A DNA stretch of 63,669 nucleotides, counting the filler. It is 6 parts of 6 records of this genome, joined end to end, with 100 filler letters (N's around TTAATTAATTAA, not from the genome) between each part and the next. Parts side by side here need not be neighbours in the genome. Positions count along the whole stretch, not along the records: positions 38,972 to 45,142 come from SRR31156797_5165; positions 45,243 to 51,107 come from SRR31156797_5166; 4 more parts are not named here. The stretch is one strand, 5' to 3'. The first letter of the stretch is position 1. The number at the start of each line of letters is the position of its first letter. Shown one piece after another: positions 38,972 to 49,962 of the stretch. A program made the position numbers and the translations under genes. Below the pieces are notes generated by a model. It was not told where the DNA came from. It did not search any database and saw only the letters and a list, made by a program, of their open reading frames with translations.

Positions 38972-40617
38972 AGATTTCCTATGGACTGCTTGCCTGCGAA
39001 ATATGATGAAAATGCTTTCTTTTTTTCAAACAGTTCAACAATTGACGATTTTAACCAGTTGATGGGGGAATTGCCTGTGAGTAGATTATCATATCTTTCA
39101 TAAACCGGGAAAAATGGAAGCTCATGGGATAGCTCTTGTCCTGATATGATCTGTTTAATGAGTGCATTAAGCAGGACAAGGGCATCGCCCCTTCGTCCGA
39201 GATCCAGGAGTACTCTGATCCGTGTCATTATAACAGCCGTATTTGCTTTTTCCCCTGACAATTGATTAAGGATTTTTTCACTTTCTAAAAGCGCTTTCAA
39301 TCTTTTGTTCGGATCTTTCCCGATAACATAATAGGAATAAATATTGAGGGCCTGGTTCAAATCCTTGATAAATCGGTCCTCGCCGGTTGTGAGTCTTTCG
39401 ACCCATTGATCAAGGAAAGGCGCTGAAAAAGCTTTTTGCTTGAGGGTAAATTTCCATAAATCCTCAGGTAGATTGTCTATGGATGTGGTGTTGAGGGTTG
39501 AAAGGTCTTTTATCAGCAGGTTTTTACTTTTAAGGCGGTTTGCCGTTTCATCTTTGATCGCAAACAGGTTAAGCAGAAATCCGTCAAACTCAGCGTCGGG
39601 ATCAAACGGTATGAGCAGTTGTGGCCCAGGGATCAGATAATATGGGGCATAACCATGTTTTTTAAACGCATTTATCAGGGAAAGGTTAATTTGATCCCCA
39701 TGTTTCAGTTCGTACATGATCGGTGGAGAAAAGTTGTCAAGGGTTTGAGCGCCGCCTTCAATGATACGAATCTCTTCCCCCTCAGCATCAAGTTTAATAA
39801 AGTCTATTTTTCCCCAGTTATAATCTTGGGCACATTCGTCAAGGGTTTTAAGCTTGATGATCTCATAATCTCCATTGTCAGGTATGGGCGCATTGAGCGA
39901 ATTCAATTCTGCATTGGGGTTCAGGGATAATTTTGCTTCCCCGCTTTTGTTAGAAAGCCCTGCATTGATGAGGGTGGTGTTTGAAAAGCCGTTTGTTCTC
40001 AGGCTGTCATTCAGGCACTCTGCAACAGACGTGGTTGGCTCAAACGCCCATACGGCGCCAGTCTCTCCGCATCTTTTGGCACAGGTTAATGTATACAGTC
40101 CATAATTGGCTCCAATGTCGACAACGGTCATCCCTGGTTGAATAAAGTTCCGTATGAACGTTATTTCATCTTCAAACCAGTCTCTTTGTTCTTTTAAAAC
40201 AAAAGGGGTCATGAGTGCATTGGATAGAGGGACGGTTATTTCAATATCGTCTGCAATTTTGATTTTTTCCGTATTGGGCGGGCTCTCTTTTTTCTCTTCT
40301 TCCGTGGATGTGTCTTTTGAGGCAAGTATCTCTATCAGCTGATTCAGATTGGTAATGGCATCCAGGTTTTCCGGATCTATTGCAAGGGCGCGTTTAAAAT
40401 ACTCGACACTTTTAGGGAGGTCGTTGTTTTGCCAGGAAACAACTCCAAGATTATTATGGGCTTCAGCAAGGGTTGGGTCTATTTGGAGCGCTTGAAGAAA
40501 GTGGTGCTCAGCAAGATCCAGATTCCCCTCTTGAAAATAAGCTGTCCCAAGTGTTAACAGTTCCTTTGCAGATTTGGCTGAGGTCTTTCTTGCGTTCTTA
40601 TTGGTGGGCTTGGCCAT
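38972..40617 (-). CDS. TPR + FkbM-family methyltransferase (3' truncated)
   Basis: AEAHNNLGV TPR; VDIGANYG, AFEP, FIKLDAEGEE. Confidence 0.88.
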
Positions 40618-40783
40618 GGTTTTTCCAGTATCTTAAAATTGAGTTATTGTTCAATATAAAAAAACAGATTAAAAATCTGAAGATTCACCATTCCCCTCTG
40701 GGTGTTGATGGTCGGAAAATATTTCCGGGTTATCTTTTAAAATCCTCCTTCTGTTTAAAATTACCATAAAAGAACAGACAGTA

Positions 40784-40799
40784 TGCAAACAATATGCCA
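40784..40799 (-). promoter_or_regulatory. Sigma-54 (-24/-12) promoter
   Basis: TGGCATATTGTTTGCA, GG-N10-GC spacing, pointing to the TPR-FkbM gene. Confidence 0.65.
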
Positions 40800-40975
40800 T
40801 TTTTTGAATTGAGATCCAAATATTATCTGACCTTTTCCATGGATTGGTTTTTGTCTTCCTGCTAAAAAACGATTGACATCATCCCGGCCCTTCTCTATTT
40901 ATTTGTGCTTGTCTTCCCCCGCTTTTCGGGCAGGGGGTGGAAACGATCAATGAATTCAAAGAGGAGGAGTTCCAG

Positions 40976-42046
40976 ATGAACGCGTGGTTCAAGCGAGGTG
41001 TTATCGGAGTTGTCTCGGTATTGCTTGTGGGGATGGGCGTCCTTCCCGCGACGGCTGCGAAATTCAAGAAAGAGTACAAAATGACGGTGAACGTGGGGCC
41101 CAGCTTCTACTGGGGCATGGGGGCCATCAAGTTCAGCGAGCTGGTCGCGGAGAAGACCCGGGGCCGGATCAACATCAAGCCCTATTTCGGCAGTTCCCTT
41201 TTAAAGGGGGCCCAGCTCAAATCCACCCAGATGGTTGCCAAGGGGGTGATCGACTGCGCCTATGAATCCACCATCAACTCTTCCCCGGTGATCCCGGAAA
41301 TGAACATCTTTTCCCTTCCCTTTTTCATCAACAAGTTTGAGAACCTGGACCGGCTCGAGTACGGTAAAACCGGGGAGATCCTGTTCAAGAAGATGGAGCG
41401 GATCGGGCTCACTCCCCTTGCCTGGGCGGAGAACGGGTTCCGCCAGGTGACCAACAGCAAGCGGGCCATCAACACCCCCGCAGACATGAGGGGGCTGAGG
41501 CTCCGGGTGGTGGGAAGCCCCATCTTCATCGACACCTTCAGGGCCCTTGGGGCCGATCCCGTGAACATGAACTGGGGAGATGCCCAGACCGCGTTCCAGC
41601 AGGGCGTGGTGGACGGCCAGGAGAACCCGGTGGGCGTGCTGATCCCCGTGCAGATCTGGCAGTACCACAACCATGCCTCTTTCTGGAACTACCTGGTGGA
41701 TCCCGTGGTGGTCTACTGGGGCACCCGCCAGTGGAAAAAGTTTCCGGACGATATCAAGCAGGCCATCTCCGAGGCGGCCAAGGAATCCGCCCGGTTTGAG
41801 AAGGCGCTGTGCCGGGCCGGGCTTGACGGCGACGTGTCCGTCAATATCCTGAAGAACGAGTTCAACTACGAGATGGAGGTGCCGGACCCGGTCCGGTATC
41901 TCGAATCCAAGGGCATAGAGGTCAATTTTCTCACCCCCGAGGCTGAAAAGGCCTTCAGGCAGGCCACCGAGCCGGTGTATGAGAAATGGGTGCCAAAGAT
42001 CGGCAAGGAACTTTACGAAACCGCAAAACAGGATATGGCGGAATAG
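40976..42046 (+). CDS. dctP: TRAP transporter solute-binding protein
   Basis: Signal peptide; ENGFRQ, GLRLRV, FQQGVVDGQENP. Confidence 0.93.
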   Translation: MNAWFKRGVIGVVSVLLVGMGVLPATAAKFKKEYKMTVNVGPSFYWGMGAIKFSELVAEKTRGRINIKPYFGSSLLKGAQLKSTQMVAKGVIDCAYESTINSSPVIPEMNIFSLPFFINKFENLDRLEYGKTGEILFKKMERIGLTPLAWAENGFRQVTNSKRAINTPADMRGLRLRVVGSPIFIDTFRALGADPVNMNWGDAQTAFQQGVVDGQENPVGVLIPVQIWQYHNHASFWNYLVDPVVVYWGTRQWKKFPDDIKQAISEAAKESARFEKALCRAGLDGDVSVNILKNEFNYEMEVPDPVRYLESKGIEVNFLTPEAEKAFRQATEPVYEKWVPKIGKELYETAKQDMAE

Positions 42047-42063
42047 CATCTGCTGTTTGACCT

Positions 42064-42098
42064 CAAAGCCCCTGGATCTTTTGTTCCAGGGGCTTTTG
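42064..42098 (+). terminator. Intercistronic hairpin after dctP
   Basis: CAAAGCCCCTGGA...TCCAGGGGCTTTTG. Confidence 0.65.
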
Positions 42099-42117
42099 CA
42101 TTACAGAAGGAGAAAAT

Positions 42118-42600
42118 ATGGAAAAAGAGAGACAAGGGTTGAGAATCGATTACCTGGTGGCGGCCATCCTGCTGTTCGCAATGGCATTCATTGCTTTTGC
42201 CAATGTGGTGAGCCGCTATTTTTTCCACTTCTCCATCGCATCCACAGAGGAGATCACCATCAACATGTTTGTGTGGATGACCGTTGTGGGGTGCGGCATC
42301 GCCTTTGAGCGGGGCGGGCAGCTGGGGGTGGTCACCTTTTACAATCTATTTCCCGATAAACTCAAGAAAACCGTGGTGGTGGCAAGCGCATTGCTGAGCG
42401 CCCTTTTATTCATACTGGTGGATTTTTTCATGCTCCAGGCGATCTATGATGAGCTGACCCTCTTCCATGCCACCTCCGCCTCCTTGAGCATTCCCGTGTG
42501 GATCTACTATGCCGGGGTGCCGGTGCTGTCGGTGTTTGTGTTCAGGGGGATCTACAGGGACGCGGTCAAACGGCTCGAGATCAGGGAGGAGGTTCGCTGA
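42118..42600 (+). CDS. dctQ: TRAP small permease
   Basis: FANVVSRYFF, TEEI...FVW; four TM segments. Confidence 0.9.
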   Translation: MEKERQGLRIDYLVAAILLFAMAFIAFANVVSRYFFHFSIASTEEITINMFVWMTVVGCGIAFERGGQLGVVTFYNLFPDKLKKTVVVASALLSALLFILVDFFMLQAIYDELTLFHATSASLSIPVWIYYAGVPVLSVFVFRGIYRDAVKRLEIREEVR

Positions 42601-43889
42601 TGGATATCCTTCTCATTGCCGGAAGTTTCTTTGTCCTCATGTTCTTCGGGGTGCCCATCGCCACCTCCCTAGGAATTTCGGCGGTTGTCACCATCTACAC
42701 TTTTGATCTGGGCATCGAGATGCTGGGGGTGAACTTCTCCTCGGGCATCGCCTCGTTTCCCCTGCTTGCCATTCCGTTCTTCGTGCTGGCCGGCGTCATT
42801 CTGGACAAGGCGGGCCTGGCAAAGACCATTGCCCGGTTTTTTGAGCTGCTGGTGGGAAGGGCCACGGGCGGTCTTGCCATGGTGGCCGTGTGCACCTGCA
42901 TGTTCTGGGGCGCCCTTTCCGGCTCCGGCCCTGCCACCACGGCGGCCGTGGGCCTGATCCTCTTTGTTCCCATGGTGCGCCAGGGGTATGACAAGAGCTT
43001 TGCCGGGGCCTTGATCGCCAATGCCGCGGATCTTTCCATCATCATCCCCCCGAGCATCGCCTTCATCATCTACGGCAACATCACCAACGTTTCGGTGAGC
43101 GCCCTGTTTCTCGCAGGCATCGTGCCCGGTATCCTCACCGGAATCGGTACCATCCTGGTGGCCTTTTTTGTTTCAAAGAAGCGGGGGTACCGGGGCCAGA
43201 CCCGGCGGGCGCCTGCCGGGGAGATCCTGGCCGCCCTGAAAGAGTCGATCTGGGCGATTCTTGCCCCGGTGATCGTCCTTGGCGGCATCTACTCCGGTAT
43301 CTTCACTCCCACGGAAGCCGCGGTGGTGGCCGTGTTTTACAGTTTGTTCGTGGCGGTGTTCGTCTATCGCTCCCTCACCTGGAATGATTTCCTCCATCTG
43401 TTGGTGGACGCGTCGGTCACCAGCAGCGTGATCATGTTCATCGTGGTGTTTGCCGGTATCTTCACCTGGGCCGCCTCGGTCATCGGCGTCGTGGACAGGG
43501 CTGCGGAACTGATCCTTCATATTTCGCCCAATGCCGTGGTGATGATCGTGCTGATCAACTTTTTGCTACTCGGCCTCGGGATGGTGCTGGACGCCATCTC
43601 CATTTCCTACTTGATCATGCCCATTCTCATCCCGGTGCTGGCCGCGTTCAAGATCGATCCCCTCTGGTACGGGGTGATCTTTATTTCGGCCCTGGCAATC
43701 GGACAGGCAACCCCGCCCGTGGGCGTGAACCTGTTCACGGCGGCCAACCTCACCGGGGAGTCGGTGGACTCCATTGCCAAACAGGCCATCCCCTTCATTG
43801 TTGCGGATGTGATCGTTTTGATCATTCTCTCGCTCTTTCCCGAGCTTTCTCTTTACCTTCCGGTGAAGGCCGGGTTATATACACCATAG
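42600..43889 (+). CDS. dctM: TRAP large permease
   Basis: FPLLAIPFFVLAG, IIPPSI, GIFTPTEA, TPPVGVNLF; TGATG overlap with dctQ. Confidence 0.93.
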   Translation: MDILLIAGSFFVLMFFGVPIATSLGISAVVTIYTFDLGIEMLGVNFSSGIASFPLLAIPFFVLAGVILDKAGLAKTIARFFELLVGRATGGLAMVAVCTCMFWGALSGSGPATTAAVGLILFVPMVRQGYDKSFAGALIANAADLSIIIPPSIAFIIYGNITNVSVSALFLAGIVPGILTGIGTILVAFFVSKKRGYRGQTRRAPAGEILAALKESIWAILAPVIVLGGIYSGIFTPTEAAVVAVFYSLFVAVFVYRSLTWNDFLHLLVDASVTSSVIMFIVVFAGIFTWAASVIGVVDRAAELILHISPNAVVMIVLINFLLLGLGMVLDAISISYLIMPILIPVLAAFKIDPLWYGVIFISALAIGQATPPVGVNLFTAANLTGESVDSIAKQAIPFIVADVIVLIILSLFPELSLYLPVKAGLYTP

Positions 43890-43919
43890 CATGATAAAGA
43901 TAATGACAAAGGAGGCAAG

Positions 43920-44774
43920 ATGATGGGTTGTTTGAAATTGATTGTATGGGCTGCGGTTGCGGTTCTGGCAACGGTTTGCCAGGCCGGGGCCCAAGAGCAA
44001 GAGCCCCTGTCCGTGTTCGTGAGCATCCAGCCCCAGGCCTATGTGGTGGAGCGTATCGGTAAGGAGCGGGTGGCCGTGGAGGTGCTGGTGCCCCCGGGCA
44101 AGAGCCCGGCTACCTATGCCCCCCGGCCCCCACAGATGACCCGGCTCTCACGGGCTTCCCTCTTCTTCTCCATTGGCGTGCCCTTTGAACAGGCGCTCAT
44201 GCCCAAGATTAAGGGCGCTTCCCAGGGCCTGACCCTGGTGGACACCACGGAAGGGATCCCCCCGAGGCGGTTTGCCAATGGCGGACGGGACCCCCATGTC
44301 TGGATGAGTCCCCTGCTGGTGAAACAGCAGGCAGCAAACGTGTGCAATGCCCTGTGTAAAGCCGCTCCAGAATCCAGGGCGTTTTTCAGGGCCAACCTTG
44401 AAACCCTCCTGGCCGACCTTGATCGCCTTGACAAGAGCGTTGCCAAGGCCCTGGAGCCCCTGGCCGGGGAGACCATCTTTGTGTTCCACCCCGTATTCGG
44501 TTATTTTGCCGACCGCTACGGCCTGAGCCAGACGGCCGTGGAGGTGGCGGGCAAGGCCCCCAAGGGACGGGCCCTGGCCGATTTCATTAAAAAAGCCAAG
44601 GCCGCAAGAATCCGGGTGATCTTTGTCCAGCCCCAGTTTGATACGAGAACGGCCCACAAGATAGCAAGCGCCATCAACGGCGCCGTGGTACCCCTGGACC
44701 CCCTGGCAAAGGATTATATCCCAAACCTGACGGCCATGGCCCAAAAGATAAGACAAGCATTTGAACAGGAATAA
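43920..44774 (+). CDS. znuA: Zn/Mn ABC substrate-binding protein (ZnuA-like)
   Basis: VSIQPQ, DPHVWMSP, VFHPVFGYFA, IFVQPQF, LDPLA. Confidence 0.85.
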   Translation: MMGCLKLIVWAAVAVLATVCQAGAQEQEPLSVFVSIQPQAYVVERIGKERVAVEVLVPPGKSPATYAPRPPQMTRLSRASLFFSIGVPFEQALMPKIKGASQGLTLVDTTEGIPPRRFANGGRDPHVWMSPLLVKQQAANVCNALCKAAPESRAFFRANLETLLADLDRLDKSVAKALEPLAGETIFVFHPVFGYFADRYGLSQTAVEVAGKAPKGRALADFIKKAKAARIRVIFVQPQFDTRTAHKIASAINGAVVPLDPLAKDYIPNLTAMAQKIRQAFEQE

Positions 44775-44776
44775 TA

Positions 44777-44995
44777 ATGACAGAAGCACAAGAGAAAAGA
44801 AAAGCAAGACGACGCAGCAAACGGGGTACGGTATGCCACTGCTGCGGCAAGACATTAACCTTTTGCTGGAGCTGCCGGTGCGGCTTTGCCATCTGCCAGG
44901 AGTGCATGTATGAAAACGAGTGGGGCATGACCTGTAACGGCATCACCTGGCAGTGCCCCGACTGCAGCGCCCAAAACGGGTTCGGCAACCAGTGA
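44777..44995 (+). CDS. 72-aa Cys-rich putative metal-binding protein
   Basis: 11 Cys (CHCC, CWSCRC, CQEC, C, CPDC); basic N-terminus; starts 2 nt after znuA. Confidence 0.75.
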   Translation: MTEAQEKRKARRRSKRGTVCHCCGKTLTFCWSCRCGFAICQECMYENEWGMTCNGITWQCPDCSAQNGFGNQ

Positions 44996-45006
44996 ACCAT
45001 GCCCAG

Positions 45007-45053
45007 GGACGTCGAAAAGCGAAGCGAGGAACGAGCTTAGCTTTTTGACGTCC
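45007..45053. repeat. Extragenic inverted repeat
   Basis: GGACGTCGAAAAGC ... GCTTTTTGACGTCC. Confidence 0.6.
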
Positions 45054-45142
45054 ATTCGTTTTTACGTGGCCCGCAATGCCCTGTGATAAAGAATGGTTTC
45101 AATAATTTAAGATCTTATCTTTGTCTTTTTTTTTGAGAGTTT

Positions 45143-45242
45143 NNNNNNNNNNNNNNNNNNNNNNNNNNNNNNNNNNNNNNNNNNNNTTAATTAATTAANN
45201 NNNNNNNNNNNNNNNNNNNNNNNNNNNNNNNNNNNNNNNNNN
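45143..45242. other. Artificial contig spacer
   Basis: N44-TTAATTAATTAA-N44. Confidence 0.98.
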
Positions 45243-45551
<309 letters not shown>

Positions 45552-45584
45552 GATTTGAGGACTGAAAATTTAGTAATGAGATAT

Positions 45585-45614
45585 GAGCCTCTCCTTTTTA
45601 GGAGGGGCTTTTTT
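45585..45614 (+). terminator. Intrinsic terminator
   Basis: GAGCCTCTCCT-ttt-AGGAGGGGCT-TTTT. Confidence 0.8.
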
Positions 45615-45734
45615 GTGGATAAATATTTCATTTTGAGATTCGGTGTATTTCGGTCCCTGGTATTTTGGCAAGAGTTAGCCATAAAAAATTTGAAATCACG
45701 TAAATCAATTTTAATTCTTGCTTGTTATAGAAGC

Positions 45735-46226
45735 ATGGAAAGCAAAGATTTCAGAAATAAATTTCAAATAATATTCAAAACGGAGTTCAAGCGCATAGAT
45801 GAACTTATTGCCAAATTCCAAAACCAGTTTATTCAAGAGCAGCTTCCGGTCTTAAAACAGGACCTGCCTGCTCTCTTTTCGGACGAAGAACTACACCAAT
45901 TATTAAAGAACTATGCCAGCCAGGTATTTAACTGTACAGATTCAGTATTAGACAAGGATAACAACTTTTGCGAAACCAGATTAAATGACGAGTTGGGAAG
46001 AATGAAACGTAACGTTAAAAAACGTTATACCCACAATTCGCTATCGGAATTAGCCGATAAAAGTCACCGTATTGCAAAAAAAATAGTGGTACACCATTTT
46101 CCTGCCATATTCGAGCTTTCAGCTAATGGATTCCGGCTACTTGAAAAATATGCTTTTATGTATAACCAGGAGTTTTTTCTTTATCTGGAAAATCAAATTA
46201 GAAATTTTGAAGAAAAACAGCTTTAA
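45735..46226 (+). CDS. Hypothetical protein
   Basis: ORF from ATG 45735, downstream of the lysS terminator. Confidence 0.55.
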   Translation: MESKDFRNKFQIIFKTEFKRIDELIAKFQNQFIQEQLPVLKQDLPALFSDEELHQLLKNYASQVFNCTDSVLDKDNNFCETRLNDELGRMKRNVKKRYTHNSLSELADKSHRIAKKIVVHHFPAIFELSANGFRLLEKYAFMYNQEFFLYLENQIRNFEEKQL

Positions 46227-46847
46227 ATGATATGTTCAATCGTTAAAATGAGTTCATATTGTTTCATTCTAAACTAATACCAAATTGACCACAAGATGGT
46301 ATAACAACCTGGTTGCAAGAATAGCATATCCGTACCAAGTAGCTTATTGAGCGAAATCTTCTCTTATTACGACTAAAGACAATTATTCACTAATTATCAA
46401 TATGTTAAGCACACATTTCACTGTTTGTATTATTAGCATTTTCTATGTAACTTGATTCCGTTATATAAATTATTTATCAAAAACAAAAAAGAACTTGACC
46501 TATATAAGCAGATTAAGTCTAACCAGGCTAAAACTGTAGTTTTTAATTTATAACTCAACCACTATGCACTGGAAGTACATAGTTTTAGTGTTGAATACCT
46601 GCCTGCTTGGCAGACAGGAAATTCACAAATAAACAATGAAATAAACATGAGTAGTAAGTAATGAGTAATGAGAAGAAAAAATCAAATAATTTCTCAATAC
46701 TCAAATCTTTGTACTCGAATCCATTTCCAATAAAATGAAAATTTATAAAAGAATGTAGCTGCAATAAGCCTGACTACCATTTCTACAGAAGGGAATCCGT
46801 CAGTCGGGGTTACAGGATTTTAACCATTAACAAGAAAATAAAAGACA

Positions 46848-48296
46848 ATGCTTTTTAATTCGATTGACTTCGCAATTTTTTTACCTATAGTCTTTGTTTT
46901 TTATTGGTTTGTATTCAACAAAAACTTAAAATGGCAAAATGCACTGGTTGTTGCTGCCAGCTATTTATTTTATGGTTGGTGGGATTGGCGTTTTTTATCT
47001 CTGATAATATTCAGTACTGTTGTTGATTTTATAGTTGGATTGAGGTTGAGAACTGAAAACAACAAGAGTAAAAGAAGAATCCTTCTTCTCACGAGCATTA
47101 TTGTAAATCTTGGTTTTTTAGGATTCTTTAAATATTACAACTTCTTTCTACACAACTTTATTTCAGCCTTTTCGTTTTTGGGAGCCGAGATTAATGCAAA
47201 TTCACTAAATTTAATTCTCCCAGTTGGAATTAGTTTCTATACCTTTCAAACATTAAGTTATACCATTGATGTTTACAAAAGAAAACTTGAACCAAATGAT
47301 GACTATATTGCGTTTGCAGCATTTGTAAGCTTTTTCCCGCAACTGGTTGCCGGCCCAATTGAAAGGGCAAGCAACCTTCTGCCTCAATTCACAAATAAAA
47401 GAACTTTTAATTATTCAAAGGCCGTTGATGGAATGAGACAGATTCTTTGGGGTTTATTCAAAAAGATTGTAATTGCAGATAACTGTGCGGAATATGCCAA
47501 TCTTATTTTTAATAATTCTTCCGATTATTCGGGAAGCACATTGGTACTGGGTGCGCTATTCTTTACATTTCAAATCTATGGCGACTTTTCAGGGTACTCA
47601 GATGTTGCCATAGGAACAGCCCGGCTTTTTGGTTTTAATCTGATGCGAAACTTTGCCTTTCCTTATTTCTCAAGAGATATTGCAGAATTTTGGAGACGCT
47701 GGCACATCTCGCTTTCATCGTGGTTCAGAGATTACTTATACATACCACTGGGAGGTAGCCGGGGTGGAATATTTATGAAAGTTAGAAACACATTTGCCAT
47801 TTTTATTGTTAGTGGATTCTGGCATGGTGCTAACTGGACATTTATAATCTGGGGAGCTTTAAATGCGATCTATTTTCTGCCACTACTTCTTGCCCATAAA
47901 AACAGAAACCATCTGGATATAGTCGCTCGGGGAAAACACTTGCCCTCTTTTAAAGACACCTTATCTATTGCTACAACTTTTAGTCTTTGCGTATTAGCCT
48001 GGATCTTTTTTAGGGCAGAGAATCTAAAACACGCTATTTCCTACATCTCTGAGATTTTTTCATCTTCGCTTTTCTCTATTCCCCGATTTGCCGGAATGAA
48101 AGAAGCCTTAACTACCTTGATTATTGTTCTCTTATTTGTACTGGTTGAATGGAATGGAAGAGAAAAACAATTTGCTATTCAGAGTCTTGGATTTAAATGG
48201 AAACGTCCGCTAAGGTATGCAATGTATTATGCGCTAATAATAGCGATTTTTTGGTTTGGTGGAGAGAAACAACAATTCATTTATTTTCAATTTTAG
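46848..48296 (+). CDS. MBOAT O-acyltransferase (AlgI/DltB-like)
   Basis: LPVGISFYTFQ, FFPQLVAGPI, FWRRWHISLS, SGFWHGA, FIYFQF. Confidence 0.95.
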   Translation: MLFNSIDFAIFLPIVFVFYWFVFNKNLKWQNALVVAASYLFYGWWDWRFLSLIIFSTVVDFIVGLRLRTENNKSKRRILLLTSIIVNLGFLGFFKYYNFFLHNFISAFSFLGAEINANSLNLILPVGISFYTFQTLSYTIDVYKRKLEPNDDYIAFAAFVSFFPQLVAGPIERASNLLPQFTNKRTFNYSKAVDGMRQILWGLFKKIVIADNCAEYANLIFNNSSDYSGSTLVLGALFFTFQIYGDFSGYSDVAIGTARLFGFNLMRNFAFPYFSRDIAEFWRRWHISLSSWFRDYLYIPLGGSRGGIFMKVRNTFAIFIVSGFWHGANWTFIIWGALNAIYFLPLLLAHKNRNHLDIVARGKHLPSFKDTLSIATTFSLCVLAWIFFRAENLKHAISYISEIFSSSLFSIPRFAGMKEALTTLIIVLLFVLVEWNGREKQFAIQSLGFKWKRPLRYAMYYALIIAIFWFGGEKQQFIYFQF

Positions 48297-48297
48297 C

Positions 48298-49149
48298 ATG
48301 AAAAAGTTTGGCAGGAAAATTATCGCTTTTTTTATTATCCTATTTATAATCGTTTATTTAAAACCATTATTCCTATTAGTTAACAACCAATATAAACAAA
48401 CTGTTGCTGGTGCTGGCATCTATCTTTCAATTGATAAAAGTAAAAAGAGAACAAAAAGTAAAAAGCTTCTTATCGGAGATAGTGTAGGATGGCAATTGTT
48501 CAGCAACAACATTGAAAACGACACAATAAATTCCTTAACATGTAACCAGGCCATAAGTGTTGTTGGCCATTATTTGCTCCTCAACAACTACCTTAACTCT
48601 GGTAACAAACCTAAAGAAGTTTACTTATTATATTCTCCCTTTAGCTTTTATAATAATCTGAACGAGGTGTATACCTTTCACTATTTTTTAAAACCCTTTT
48701 ACAATAAGGAATATGCCGACCAGTTATCAAATACTGTAATTAATCAAATTGAAAAAATACCCTATTCCTGGATCTGCCGCGAACCTTATATTTTAACATC
48801 CAACTGGGCACCCGATTACAGTTGTAAAGACAAGATTGATTACTCCTTTCTTTCTCCAATTTCAAGAGAATACCTCGGAAAGATTAAAAATTTGTGCCAG
48901 CTTCATAATATCAAGTTCTTCATTATTCCAACCCCTACAAAAGAATCAAGAAAAAAAGAAATAATGAATTACAACAAGGATGAAATAAGTGACCTGAATG
49001 TGGAGAAAGAACTAACTTACTTTTTAGAGCACATTATTTACCTTCCCGACAGCTTTTATCTTGATGATGTACATTTTAAGAAACCGGAACTTCTACGAGA
49101 TTCAGTATTAATGGAAATGGAAAAAGCCTTACAATCAGACACCATTTGA
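48298..49149 (+). CDS. SGNH-like (AlgJ/DltD-type) acyl-transfer partner
   Basis: N-terminal TM; IGDSV and DDVHF; 1 nt after the MBOAT gene. Confidence 0.65.
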   Translation: MKKFGRKIIAFFIILFIIVYLKPLFLLVNNQYKQTVAGAGIYLSIDKSKKRTKSKKLLIGDSVGWQLFSNNIENDTINSLTCNQAISVVGHYLLLNNYLNSGNKPKEVYLLYSPFSFYNNLNEVYTFHYFLKPFYNKEYADQLSNTVINQIEKIPYSWICREPYILTSNWAPDYSCKDKIDYSFLSPISREYLGKIKNLCQLHNIKFFIIPTPTKESRKKEIMNYNKDEISDLNVEKELTYFLEHIIYLPDSFYLDDVHFKKPELLRDSVLMEMEKALQSDTI

Positions 49150-49335
49150 ATGCTAGACAATTCAAATAAATCCTTTTACTCAAATTAACCGTTTCATGGT
49201 CACAAGAAATTTCTTTATTTTCCGATTGAGAGAAAGAAAGCACGATAGCATTTTCAATTAACGAATAAAAGAAAAAAATGGGATCACATTGAAATTCTGG
49301 CGGACTAAGGTAAGTATTAATTTTACCAGCCTGTG

Positions 49336-49815
49336 CCCTTCATTTTTAGGTTACCCCAAAAATGAAGTACGAGGAAGGCACTTCCGAGCTCCAGGCTGCT
49401 TTTTATCTTCACCCTAACTTTCCCTAAGTTCAAAGGAGTGATTTAATCTCATCAGATTGCGGCTTATAAAGGTATTCGACTAAACTCGTTCCTCGTTTCC
49501 TCGCTCATTCGGAACTTCTTCATTTCACTAAGGTTTCGATTTGATTTCGGGATTGATAAAAAGAGGCCCAATCCCGCATCTGGCTAAGGATTACCTGGAA
49601 GCTTTACAGCCCGCGCATCCGCATACAGGAAAATGCGTTAAGAAATATGGGAAATGTAACGTTAAAAAAGAAAAACTGCCCGAGAGAAACGAGAGTCAGT
49701 GGAGCTCTTTTCGTTTAGCGTAGTTCAAGAAATTTTAGCAATTTTCTTGTCCCCGGCGGTGTACCGAAATATCTTCTGCACACCTACCTATTTTTGCTGT
49801 AGAAAAAAAGTAAGT
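49336..49815. repeat. Non-coding multi-hairpin extragenic element(s)
   Basis: CTTCATTTTT/AAAAATGAAG hairpin; AAATGAAG..TTCCGA pairs with TCGGAA..CTTCATTT; CTAAAC/GTTTAG in inverted orientation. Confidence 0.4.
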
Positions 49816-49931
49816 CGCAGCAAAGCAAGAAGGACGTTAACCCTTGAATATTAAATAGTTACAACACTCTCTTCTCCTAATAAATATTTACTTTACCAGA
49901 AATTTAACCTAATCCCAAAAGATATAATGAA

Positions 49932-49962
49932 GATTCCCCGGTATCCAGCCAACCGGGGAATC
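49932..49962. repeat. Palindrome
   Basis: GATTCCCCGG-tatccagccaa-CCGGGGAATC. Confidence 0.65.

Noticed and set aside
44993..45053. TGA followed by a hairpin after the Cys-rich protein (selenocysteine readthrough?)
   Set aside because: The TGA is not at a Cys-like motif position, the extension would be short and featureless, and the hairpin looks like an extragenic repeat.
46645..46722. Short periodic repeats (GAGTAAT..., also AAAGTGC near 23978-24020)
   Set aside because: Degenerate 7-9-nt intergenic repeats with too few units to support a function.
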